Both the position numbers and the translations under genes were made by a program. Under the pieces are notes generated by a model, which saw only the letters and a list, made by a program, of their open reading frames with translations, made no database searches and was not told the DNA's origin. This document shows, one piece after another, positions 1 to 7,898 of a stretch of DNA of 64,000 bases (the first letter of the stretch is position 1; each line of letters starts with the position of its first letter). The DNA is from Candidatus Binatia bacterium (GTDB taxonomy: Bacteria; Desulfobacterota; Binatia; UBA9968), in assembly GCA_041483675.1 (NCBI GenBank), contig JBGPGE010000008.1, forward strand, positions 1,211-65,210. Reading direction: 5' to 3'.

Positions 1-489
1 CGGCGTGGGGCATTTGAATTTGCCGGAGTAAACGTTGTTCCAAAGCTGATCCTGCGCGCAGGCCATGATGGCTCGGTCATTTGCTTCTGCGAGCATCGCT
101 TCGAGGGCAGGTTGAGGAATGAATACTTGATGAGACTTGCGCGCCTCCAGACACACCGGACAGCCACTCTCTAAAGAGTAGTTCGACAGACTCGAATGTA
201 CCCATCCCAACCTTCTGGGGAGACGCTTAAACCTCCACACGTGTGCAAATCGTTCCTTCAGGCTTGCGATCCTGTACGGATACAGGATGCTTATGTTCGA
301 GAGGTGAACGTCATGCGATGACAGGTTTCTGACAAAGATGTAGACGCCCGACTTCAGGGCGTCACCAGCGCCCTCGATTCCAAATATCAGATCAACCCGC
401 ACCCTCGGCCGAGACAGAAGTACGTTCCAAGCGAAGACCACTGTCGACAAGATCGCCGCGTAGATCGCTAGGTAGTCTGTGATCTTCAA
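1..489 (-). CDS. hypothetical membrane-anchored protein, partial (C-terminus beyond window edge)
   Basis: My own translation of the minus strand gives an uninterrupted frame from TTG at 487-489 (GAAGGAA about 8 nt upstream) to position 1. N-terminal hydrophobic helix YLAIYAAILSTVVFAWNVLL. Not in the ORF track because it is incomplete. No family recognised. Confidence 0.3.
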   Translation of the reverse strand, partial: MKITDYLAIYAAILSTVVFAWNVLLSRPRVRVDLIFGIEGAGDALKSGVYIFVRNLSSHDVHLSNISILYPYRIASLKERFAHVWRFKRLPRRLGWVHSSLSNYSLESGCPVCLEARKSHQVFIPQPALEAMLAEANDRAIMACAQDQLWNNVYSGKFKCPTP

Positions 490-616
490 GCGTTTCGTTC
501 CTTCGCGCAGGCAAGCACCTACCGATTGCGTGACGCCTAACGTTAGGCTGAGCGGCCGGCGTAGCCGGCCCGCTCAAGTCTGATGTTCGGCAGCAAGATT
601 AGATGCAGCAACGTCT

Positions 617-1168
617 CTATATCGCTGCGCATATCAAAGGGACTCCAGAAGACAGGGGCGGCACGTTCATCCGGACGTCAACCAGCTCTTGGAGCGCCTG
701 CATCGCGATGGGGCTAGAACTCTTGCTCGCCACCCACGCTCTCGCAGTCGTGGTCATGTCCGCGCAGAAGGTTTCGGCACGGAGGATTGTCCAGCTGTCA
801 CCGGCCGCGTCCGACGCAGTGCAGAGATGAAGCGACAACTTCGGCCCAATGTTGAACGCGATCAGCCGCTTGTGCGATGCCGCCAAGGAGTTTTTCGCAG
901 CCGGCGCTTGAGACGGAGAGCTTAGTCCCTCATGCAGAAGCTTACACCGCAGTGCGTAGAGCGCGGTTCCGTCGACACCGTGTTCCGCGTACGCGGGGCA
1001 ATTAGCCGTGAACCAGGTATCAATCCACGCGGCGTACCGCTGCTGAGATCCGACGCCAGGGGCATCGACGGCACCAGCGATGTCGGGAACGGTCAAGGCA
1101 GTCACGACCGCGGGGAAGCACGACCCCTGCTCGGACGCGCGGTCAATTGCGTCAAGAATGAAGTTCAT
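617..1168 (-). CDS. hypothetical protein (183 aa), no recognisable family
   Basis: Complete ORF in the track, in a region that looks lower in GC than the rest of the window. No motif I can name. Confidence 0.5.
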   Translation of the reverse strand: MNFILDAIDRASEQGSCFPAVVTALTVPDIAGAVDAPGVGSQQRYAAWIDTWFTANCPAYAEHGVDGTALYALRCKLLHEGLSSPSQAPAAKNSLAASHKRLIAFNIGPKLSLHLCTASDAAGDSWTILRAETFCADMTTTARAWVASKSSSPIAMQALQELVDVRMNVPPLSSGVPLICAAI

Positions 1169-1439
1169 AGAGGCGCCTCTTATTCAACGACGGTCACTAC
1201 TGTCTGCCGAACTATTAGGTGAGCCGCTTTAGGCCGCGACAAATGCCGGTCGGCCTATCTTCTAACGCGGCTCCACCGATCAAATCCGAATCCGTTGCAA
1301 TATCCGCCAGGTACTCCAATTGGGCAACAGCCTATTTACGTTGGGACCAGCCATAGGCGCGCTCCTCATGGCGGAATTGGGGCGTTTGAGGGAGTAATAC
1401 GCCTGACTGGCACGGTGCGTCAAGCGCTTTTCTGCATCC

Positions 1440-1553
1440 AGTGCGATGGAGATCCCGGCGATTTCTGGTCTAGAAGAGAAGCCCGATGCCCGCGCCCAAG
1501 GCGTAAACCATAAACGTGAGGAGCGTCATCGCCTGGGCGCGTTGGCTCACATC
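1440..1553 (-). pseudogene. orphan 3'-terminal fragment of a UbiA-family prenyltransferase gene (imperfect duplicate of 2920-3035)
   Basis: The minus strand reads ...SQRAQAMTLLTFMVYALGAGIGLLF* (stop at 1470-1472). This matches the C-terminus AQAMTLLAFLVYALGAGIGILW* of the intact gene at 2953-3855. Nucleotide similarity continues about 30 nt past the stop, and the frame is closed by TAA 27 codons upstream. Confidence 0.6.
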
Positions 1554-1684
1554 AGTTTTTTAAGTAGCTTGAACGCCCCGCGTGACCCGCACGGATGTTG
1601 CGCGCCTCGTCCTCACACCGTCCCGCCGCGGCCTTAAGGCTGCCTGACGCCAACCGTCCCGGTTCTGGAACAAACCGGCCCATC

Positions 1685-2248
1685 TTATGGTTTGCGATCG
1701 CAGCGCAAAACATCGTCGGCATCGCGATAAAAATCGCACTGCTGCTGCAACGCTTGCCGCAGGCGATGTCGCGCGCGGTGTATTCTGATTTTAGCCGTCG
1801 GCAAAGAACACCCGCATATCTCGGCCGTCTGTTCGACGCTCAGGCCCTCGAGATCATGTAGAACCAGCGATGCTCGATAGTCGTCGGGAAGACTGTCGAT
1901 CACTTGCCGTACGCAGGCATTCATTTCGTCTACCACTACGCGTTCATCAATTGGGCGTGCGCTATCCGGCGCCTCGTCCGCTTCACCTATGTCAACGATA
2001 CGGAGCCTGCGGTCGGGCTTACGAAAATAATCGGCGGCGACGTGCGTGGCGATTGAGAACGCCCACGTCTTAACGCTCGCACGGCCGGTGAAGCTGCCCA
2101 GCCCCCTGGCCATTCGAATCAGGGTCTCCTGCAGGAGATCGTCAGCGAGGGTTTGATCCCCAACCAGGCGCTGCAGGTACCGCAGGAGAGGCCCGGATAA
2201 GTCCTGCGCAAGCTTCTCGAATGAAACCTGTTCTGTGGAATCGCCCAT
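1685..2248 (-). CDS. RNA polymerase sigma-70 family, ECF subfamily sigma factor
   Basis: Region 2 (LLQETLIRMARGLGSF...KTWAFSIATHVAADYFRK) and region 4 (LVLHDLEGLSVEQTAEICGCSLPTAKIRIHRARHRLRQAL). Cys-containing C-terminal tail. Confidence 0.9.
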   Translation of the reverse strand: MGDSTEQVSFEKLAQDLSGPLLRYLQRLVGDQTLADDLLQETLIRMARGLGSFTGRASVKTWAFSIATHVAADYFRKPDRRLRIVDIGEADEAPDSARPIDERVVVDEMNACVRQVIDSLPDDYRASLVLHDLEGLSVEQTAEICGCSLPTAKIRIHRARHRLRQALQQQCDFYRDADDVLRCDRKP

Positions 2249-2323
2249 CTTCCCATCTCCAAGGAGGCGACTGCGTCCGGCGAAGTCTTAACCTTCGCCG
2301 GACACAGCGACCCACTAGCGATA

Positions 2324-2620
2324 TTACCCGCAGCACCGTCCACCTGCCTCAGTAGTCGGCGCGTTAGCAGCGCAGCCACCGTCAGGCGTTTGAACGTCAG
2401 CTGAAGTTTCGGGCAGCATCCTCAGAGCAGCGTCAAGCACCTTGCGTGCCGGCACCTGCCGAACCCTGTCGGCCAACCCGATCGCTTCCGCTATCTGCGA
2501 GTCGGTCAAACCAGCTTTTTTCGCTTCAGGAATGTGATGCTCGATGCAGGGCACGCAGTTGCTGCCCATTGCCCCGCCGAGTGCTACCAATTCACGTTCT
2601 CGCGGAGTGAGATAATTCAT
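2324..2620 (-). CDS. carboxymuconolactone decarboxylase (AhpD-like) family protein
   Basis: Small CMD-type protein with a CxxC motif followed by histidines (GSNCVPCIEHH). AAGGAGG RBS upstream. Confidence 0.85.
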   Translation of the reverse strand: MNYLTPRERELVALGGAMGSNCVPCIEHHIPEAKKAGLTDSQIAEAIGLADRVRQVPARKVLDAALRMLPETSADVQTPDGGCAANAPTTEAGGRCCG

Positions 2621-2650
2621 GACATCCTCCTTTCTTGAGTATGGGGCTCT

Positions 2651-2842
2651 CTATGGCGCGGCCCGCTGAGCCCTTGGTTCGACAATTCGCGCCGCCGATC
2701 TGAGCGCATGCGCAGCCGCGCGGCGGGACCGCCGAATGACATGCAGAAGCGCGACAATGCCTTCGCGCGTCAGTTGAACAGCAGATTCACTGCGCATTTT
2801 GCGCGCCCGAATCATGTAGTGCTCCAGTTCATCCGTATACAT
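2651..2842 (-). CDS. small hypothetical protein (63 aa)
   Basis: ORF with a GAGGAGGG RBS 6 nt upstream of the ATG. No family recognised. Confidence 0.45.
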   Translation of the reverse strand: MYTDELEHYMIRARKMRSESAVQLTREGIVALLHVIRRSRRAAAHALRSAARIVEPRAQRAAP

Positions 2843-2952
2843 GGTATGCCCTCCTCATCGGCCAAGGAGTTCCGTCTCCTACCTCCTTAGACGGATTCTG
2901 AAGGCAGAGCGATACAGGGTGCGCTTCAATGGAAATCGCGGCGATTTTTGTT

Positions 2953-3855
2953 CTACCAGAGAATCCCGATGCCCGCGCCGAGCGCGTAAACCAGAAACGC
3001 GAGGAGGGTCATCGCCTGGGCCGGGACGATGCGTTGAGTGGTTTCCGCATGGCGCAGCAGAATAGCGCAAGCCAGGCCGGCGGGAACCACGAACAACGCG
3101 CCGAGCCGCGCGCCGGCCGCCACGCCGAAGAGCGGCAGGAGTAACAGGAGTATCGTTGCGATTGCGACGATGGCGACGAACCAGCGCGCCGCCTTCGGAC
3201 GTCCCAGCTTCACCACCCAATTTTTTCTTCCCGCCCGGAGGTCCGCCTGGTAATCGGGAAATTCATTGACCCAGAGAAACGCGGCGATCAAAAGGCCGAG
3301 CACGATGGAGAGCGAGACAACTTCCATCGTTACCGTCTGTCGCTGCACCAGATAGGTCCCGGTGGTTATCACCGGACCGTAAGCGAGGCCGACGGCCAGC
3401 TCGCCGAAGCCGCGGTAAGAAAGCTTAAAGGGAGGCATGTGATAGAAAAACGCCAGAGCGACGCCGGCCACTCCGAACCAGATAACGTGCGGCTCGCGGT
3501 AGACGGCGATGACCAGACCGATAACGATTCCAGTCCAGTAGGTGACGGCGGAGATTGCGATAGTCTGGCCGCGGGTCAGAAGCCGATCGACGAGCACCCG
3601 CTTGCCGCCGGAAAACGGGCTGCGGTCCTCAGGTGCCACTGCCTGGTCCGTGCCCGAGTCGAAGTCGATGATTTCGCCCGAAGCGTTCTTGGCGATCTCG
3701 ATGGACAAAATCCCGAGCACCGTGAGCAACAACCATCCCCACGATAGCTCTCCGTCCCGCGCCGCCGCGCAGGCGCCCAGAAACATCCCGGCAAACGAGG
3801 CGAGTGAGATCTTCGGATCCGCCAGCCGCCAGAAGCCGGCCCGGAAATTGTCCAC
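2953..3855 (-). CDS. UbiA-family aromatic prenyltransferase (MenA-like)
   Basis: Polytopic membrane protein resembling MenA/UbiA family members. GTG start overlaps the upstream stop by 1 nt (TAGTG). Confidence 0.8.
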   Translation of the reverse strand: MDNFRAGFWRLADPKISLASFAGMFLGACAAARDGELSWGWLLLTVLGILSIEIAKNASGEIIDFDSGTDQAVAPEDRSPFSGGKRVLVDRLLTRGQTIAISAVTYWTGIVIGLVIAVYREPHVIWFGVAGVALAFFYHMPPFKLSYRGFGELAVGLAYGPVITTGTYLVQRQTVTMEVVSLSIVLGLLIAAFLWVNEFPDYQADLRAGRKNWVVKLGRPKAARWFVAIVAIATILLLLLPLFGVAAGARLGALFVVPAGLACAILLRHAETTQRIVPAQAMTLLAFLVYALGAGIGILW

Positions 3856-4478
3856 TAGTGTGCCGCTCCTCCCGCTGCCGTGACTTCGGGATAGTGGCCC
3901 TGCGCGTCGTTCTTGGCCGCGTCGTAGAGTCTTTCGACGTAGTGGATGAACTGAACGTAGGCCTCGACGTATCCTCGGCCCGCCGCAACGTCATCCGTCT
4001 TGAATTTCCTCTTGGCCGCGATCTCTTTAAATTTTCCGCGCACACCCTCCTGCAACGTTTCGGTCAGAAGCCTCAGCAGCGCATCCGGCTTGCCGCTCTC
4101 AATCGCCTTATCGGCGGCGGGAATCGCCGGCCCCAAATCCCGGCCTGCGGGCTTCAAGCCGGTGTAAGGCGCCCCCTCCCCGGCCCGATGGACACGCACA
4201 AGAGTCTCAAAGAAATATGTGTCTGCGAGGTCTTTTGCCTGCGGATTCAGTTTGCGGACGGCCAGAGTCTTCTGAAAGGCTTTCTTTATCTCACCTTCGT
4301 CTCTTGGCTGAACCCAGAGGAGGACGAAGTTTGCATTGCCGCTCTCCAGCGCCTTCTGGGCGGCCTTGACCACCGGCCCGTCCAACCCGTCGCAATGCGC
4401 ACGCGCCAAGTGAGGCAGGGAAAAACCAACGATGACTAACGTGGCCGTAACGAGCCCTAACCTAACGTTACGAAGCAT
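3855..4478 (-). CDS. secreted protein of unknown function (resembles DUF6448, from memory)
   Basis: Internal ATG at 4478 preceded by GGGAGGGA. Signal peptide MLRNVRLGLVTATLVIVGFSLPHLARA followed by HCDGLDGPVV. The 368-aa ORF in the track is an upstream over-extension that overlaps the neighbouring gene. Confidence 0.7.
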   Translation of the reverse strand: MLRNVRLGLVTATLVIVGFSLPHLARAHCDGLDGPVVKAAQKALESGNANFVLLWVQPRDEGEIKKAFQKTLAVRKLNPQAKDLADTYFFETLVRVHRAGEGAPYTGLKPAGRDLGPAIPAADKAIESGKPDALLRLLTETLQEGVRGKFKEIAAKRKFKTDDVAAGRGYVEAYVQFIHYVERLYDAAKNDAQGHYPEVTAAGGAAH

Positions 4479-4519
4479 TCTCCCTCCCGATACCGGATTC
4501 CAAACCGCCCCCTCCGAAT

Positions 4520-4942
4520 CTAAACCGACGGAGCTCGAATCCTCTGGAAAATCAGGAACAGAAAAAATAACAGGCTGAGAATTTGTAAAACCATTCCGGT
4601 CAGGGTTAGAAAGTAAGGGAGAAGGCCGGACTGGGCAAAAGGCTCGAACACGCTTCGAACTACCGTGCCTGCGTTGAACCCCACATACAGCGTCATCCCC
4701 TCTCGCTCTGTGGTCCAGCCGGGCGGCTCCTTCCTCCGCGGAAACATCCAAAGGGCCACGCCCATAATGATCTGGATAACCGCGCCCACCAAGATAAGGT
4801 GAACGTGGACGGTTCGCCAACCGGATATCCACGCCAATTCCGGGACTCGGCTGGAAAGGAAAGTCAGGAAGCCTATTAAGATGCCAAGAAAGAGATAGAT
4901 GAGAGAGGTCTTGATCATCAAGCGCTGGTAGCGAAATTTCAT
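4520..4942 (-). CDS. small integral membrane protein (about 4 TMH) with His-rich helix
   Basis: Hydrophobic 140-aa ORF directly downstream of norB. Motif WRTVHVHLILVGAVIQIIMG. Lower GC than its neighbours. Confidence 0.6.
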   Translation of the reverse strand: MKFRYQRLMIKTSLIYLFLGILIGFLTFLSSRVPELAWISGWRTVHVHLILVGAVIQIIMGVALWMFPRRKEPPGWTTEREGMTLYVGFNAGTVVRSVFEPFAQSGLLPYFLTLTGMVLQILSLLFFLFLIFQRIRAPSV

Positions 4943-5038
4943 GCGCCGTCTCCAGAACCAAACTCTAATCTAATGTTACGACCTTGTTGTAGCCGTCGAC
5001 AATGGGATGAAGCTCGATCGTCACCACGTCGCGAATAA

Positions 5039-6400
5039 CTATCTTGCGGCCGATGAGCTTTCTTTGAGCGCCGGCGCCGGCCGCAATGTCAGCAGGTCCA
5101 CCACAGTGAGGATAACGCCGCCCACAAACACCAGGCCCAGGACCGCCAGGATCGCGAACCAGAAACGCATCTGCGCTTGAGCCGTCATGTAGCCGAGTCC
5201 CATGACCCGCTCGATGTAGGTCTGGAGCACGCCCGCCACGCTGAAGGCCAAGGTCATCAGCATCATGGTGATACTCAGCCACCAGAAAGCCAGAGTTCCG
5301 CGCCGCTCGTCGAACTCGGCCAATCCCTTCAACTTGGGCATCGCGTAGTAGAAGAACATGAGGTTCAAGAGAACGTAAGCGCCAAAGAAGGCGATGTGGC
5401 CGTGAGCTACGGTCACCTGGCTGCCGTGAGTGTAGTAATTGATCTGCGGAAGCGTGTGGAGAAAGCCCCAGAAGCCGGCGCCGACGAAGTGGAGCACGGC
5501 CATCCCGATGGCGAGCGTAAAGACCAGCTTGCCGTTCAGCCCGTCGCGCCGGTTGCGGACGTAGTGCCAGGCGTCCGCGACCATGAGCAGGATCGGCACC
5601 GGCTCCAACGCGCTGAAGACGCCGCCGACCCATAGCCAGTACTTCGGCGCGCCGAGCCAGTAGTAGTGGTGCCCCGTCCCGGCGATGCCGGTAAACAGAA
5701 AAAGCCCGAGCTCGACGTAGAGCCATTTTTCCACCGTCTCGCGCGGCACATGGGTGATCTGGATGAGCAGCCACGCGGTCAGCGCCGCGGCGATCAACTC
5801 CCAGGCCCCTTCCACCCAAAGGTGGATGACCCACCACCAATAGTACCAGTCGATGGTGAGGTTGGAATAAAATGGGAGATTGAACAGGTACATCCCGGCC
5901 AAAAAGACCAGGCCGCCGAAGAGCGAGCCTTGAATGACCGTCCAGCGCCGGGCCTGGACGATCGTGATGCCGACGTTGAATAAAAAGATCAGCGCTCCCA
6001 CGACGATCAGGTAGTCGAGCGGGAAAGGAATCTCCAACAGCGGCTTCCCTTTCGTCCAGCCAAAGACGAAGCCAATCACGGCGGTCACGCCCACCCCGAC
6101 CAGAAGCGCAAGCTGCACATACGCGAGCGCGGGGCTGTAGAGTTCCCGGCCGCTCTCTTCGGGAATCATGAAATAGGTCGTCCCCATAAATCCCAACAAG
6201 ATCCACAGCACGAGAAGATTCGTGTGGATGGCCCGCGTGGTGCTGAATGGAAGGACATCGACCAGCCACTGGGGAATGGTGACGGCATAGCTCAAGGCCA
6301 GCCACACCCCCACGACGACCTGGAGTAGAAACAACAGCAGCGCGATGACGAAGTAGGGATAGGCGACGCGCTGCGAAGCATAAGTCAACGAATGGAACAT
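5039..6400 (-). CDS. norB: nitric oxide reductase large subunit NorB (cNOR, heme-copper oxidase superfamily)
   Basis: 12-TMH protein of about 450 aa with the HLWVEGAWE active-site motif, HHYYW and HGHIAFFGAY histidine ligands. Confidence 0.92.
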   Translation of the reverse strand: MFHSLTYASQRVAYPYFVIALLLFLLQVVVGVWLALSYAVTIPQWLVDVLPFSTTRAIHTNLLVLWILLGFMGTTYFMIPEESGRELYSPALAYVQLALLVGVGVTAVIGFVFGWTKGKPLLEIPFPLDYLIVVGALIFLFNVGITIVQARRWTVIQGSLFGGLVFLAGMYLFNLPFYSNLTIDWYYWWWVIHLWVEGAWELIAAALTAWLLIQITHVPRETVEKWLYVELGLFLFTGIAGTGHHYYWLGAPKYWLWVGGVFSALEPVPILLMVADAWHYVRNRRDGLNGKLVFTLAIGMAVLHFVGAGFWGFLHTLPQINYYTHGSQVTVAHGHIAFFGAYVLLNLMFFYYAMPKLKGLAEFDERRGTLAFWWLSITMMLMTLAFSVAGVLQTYIERVMGLGYMTAQAQMRFWFAILAVLGLVFVGGVILTVVDLLTLRPAPALKESSSAAR

Positions 6401-6425
6401 CAGAGCGGCTCCGTTGATTCGCGCA

Positions 6426-7124
6426 TCATTTCATCTCCGCCAGGAAGCGGGCCAGGTCGTCCCGTTCGCTCTGCGAGAGCGCCGTCGGCGGCATGGTTCC
6501 GTCCGGCTTGACCGACCGTGGATCGGTTAAGATCCTCTCGATCGTCTCGTAAGGCAGCCGCGATCCGACATGCGTGAGGTCGGGACCCAGGAGACCGCCG
6601 GTCTCGTAGAGACGGTGGCAGGCGAAGCAGCCTTTCTCCTGGAACAGCGCGGCCCCCGGGCTGACCCCAAGGGCCACCGCGCGTCCGGCGGCCGGACGCA
6701 GCTTGCGGTCTTGAGGCGGCCAGTCGTTCGTGTCGATCTCGCTCGTCCATTTAAAAAACGCGACGATATCGTCCAACTCCTGCTCGGTATAAGGAAAGCG
6801 CGGCATCTTTCGCCACGTGGTGAACTTCTCCGGATCGCGCATGACCGCCTTGATCCCTTCGCCGCCGCGGCGCCAGTACACTTTGGTCATGTCGGGAGCG
6901 TAGTACGACCCAAAACCCAGAATCGTATGGCAATCGTTGCAGTTGTACTTATGCCACACGCGCTTGCCGGCGATGACCTGCGGGCTGAGCCGGTCGGCGT
7001 GCGTCAGGGTTTCAAACTGGCGGTGCGTGTCGACGGTCAGGACCAGGAAAAGCGCCAGAGAAACCAACGTGCCGAGGTAAAAAATCCAGCGCGCAGTGTT
7101 CCAGCTCATGGAAAAGTTTCTCAA
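6426..7124 (-). CDS. norC: NorC-like membrane-anchored cytochrome c fused to a second class-I cytochrome c domain
   Basis: N-terminal anchor, first heme motif CNDCH with RKMPRF, second heme motif CFACH with GTMPP. Immediately upstream of norB. Confidence 0.85.
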   Translation of the reverse strand: MRNFSMSWNTARWIFYLGTLVSLALFLVLTVDTHRQFETLTHADRLSPQVIAGKRVWHKYNCNDCHTILGFGSYYAPDMTKVYWRRGGEGIKAVMRDPEKFTTWRKMPRFPYTEQELDDIVAFFKWTSEIDTNDWPPQDRKLRPAAGRAVALGVSPGAALFQEKGCFACHRLYETGGLLGPDLTHVGSRLPYETIERILTDPRSVKPDGTMPPTALSQSERDDLARFLAEMK

Positions 7125-7176
7125 TCCTCAACCGGCTTGAAAAGCCGGCGGGCCGGCCGCATTTTTCGACGCAACG

Positions 7177-7608
7177 TCACTTCTTGACGATCAGCACCGG
7201 ACAGCGGGCGTAGCGCAACGTCCGTTCGGCCACGCTGCCGATCATGAGCCGTTGAAACCCGGTCCTGCCGTGGCTCCCCATGACGATCATCGCGGCATGA
7301 GATTTTTTCGCTTGATCGGCGATGGCGCTGGCCGGCTCCACGGCCCTGACCAACAGCGGCCGGAACGTGCCCGGTTTGAGACGAAATCGTTTGATAAATT
7401 TCACCAGCGCCTGCCGCGCATCCTGCTCCAACTTCTGAATGATATCGCCGAAGCCGGCTTCCAACGGAAACGCAAAGACGGCTGAAACGACATGAAGGAT
7501 GACCAGCTTGCTCCTGTCCTTTTTCGCCAACCCTAGCGCGAACCGAAGGGCGGCCTCGGAGCCTTTCGAAAAATCGACCGGCACGAGATAAGTTTTGGAT
7601 GCTGCCAC
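7177..7608 (-). CDS. universal stress protein (single Usp domain)
   Basis: LVPVDFS...ILHVV...MGSHGRTGFQRLMIGSVAERTLRYARCPVLIV. Confidence 0.9.
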   Translation of the reverse strand: MAASKTYLVPVDFSKGSEAALRFALGLAKKDRSKLVILHVVSAVFAFPLEAGFGDIIQKLEQDARQALVKFIKRFRLKPGTFRPLLVRAVEPASAIADQAKKSHAAMIVMGSHGRTGFQRLMIGSVAERTLRYARCPVLIVKK

Positions 7609-7678
7609 GGTCCCTCCTTGTCTGCCGAATATACGCCTGCAGGCCGGAAAGTTTCAACTGCTTGACCTTTCGCAGTCA

Positions 7679-7693
7679 GCAGAAACCATGCCA
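7679..7693 (-). promoter_or_regulatory. sigma54 -24/-12 promoter (TGGCATGGTTTCTGC)
   Basis: GG and GC separated by exactly 10 nt. 70 nt upstream of the usp ATG at 7608, in the correct orientation. Confidence 0.6.
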
Positions 7694-7754
7694 AGGAGCG
7701 AGTCCTCGGAGACGCCGCTCGTTTCATTCGAATCCCCCGATAATTCTCAGTGTC

Positions 7755-7771
7755 TTTCGCACAAGTGAAAA
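7755..7771. promoter_or_regulatory. candidate enhancer (UAS) inverted repeat TTTCGCAC-AA-GTGAAAA
   Basis: Lies between the two divergent sigma54 promoters, 65-95 nt from each. Resembles the palindromes at 15350, 16981 and 20073. Confidence 0.35.
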
Positions 7772-7853
7772 AAACGGCGTCGAAACTTGCAGCGATGCGA
7801 AACAATGGATCGCCGCCGGCTGCGATATCGCCCTCTTCGCGCGCGCCTGAGGG

Positions 7854-7868
7854 AGGCATGTTTCTTGC
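7854..7868 (+). promoter_or_regulatory. sigma54 -24/-12 promoter (AGGCATGTTTCTTGC)
   Basis: GG-N10-GC spacing. 30 nt upstream of the GTG start at 7899 (AAGGAGG RBS lies between). Confidence 0.55.
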
Positions 7869-7898
7869 TCATGTTCGGCGCTGCAAGGAGGAAACGCC

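Noticed and set aside
1395-1412. TGGCAC string in the 1.2-1.45 kb non-coding stretch
   Set aside because: There is no GC dinucleotide at the required -12 position and no downstream gene in that orientation.
2324-2620. Candidate selenoprotein genes, given selC (AhpD-like CxxC at 2324-2620; OsmC at 17081-17545)
   Set aside because: Both encode Cys at the redox positions. I found no in-frame TGA joining adjacent ORFs anywhere in the window.
3855-4961. 368-aa version of the secreted-protein ORF
   Set aside because: Its N-terminal 161 residues overlap the 140-aa membrane-protein gene and look non-protein-like. The internal ATG 4478 has a strong RBS and starts a clean signal peptide.
4965-6305. 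446-aa ORF on the minus strand in another frame of norB
   Set aside because: It is on the same strand as norB but out of frame. The Arg/Gly/Pro-rich translation contrasts with the textbook NorB sequence in the other frame.
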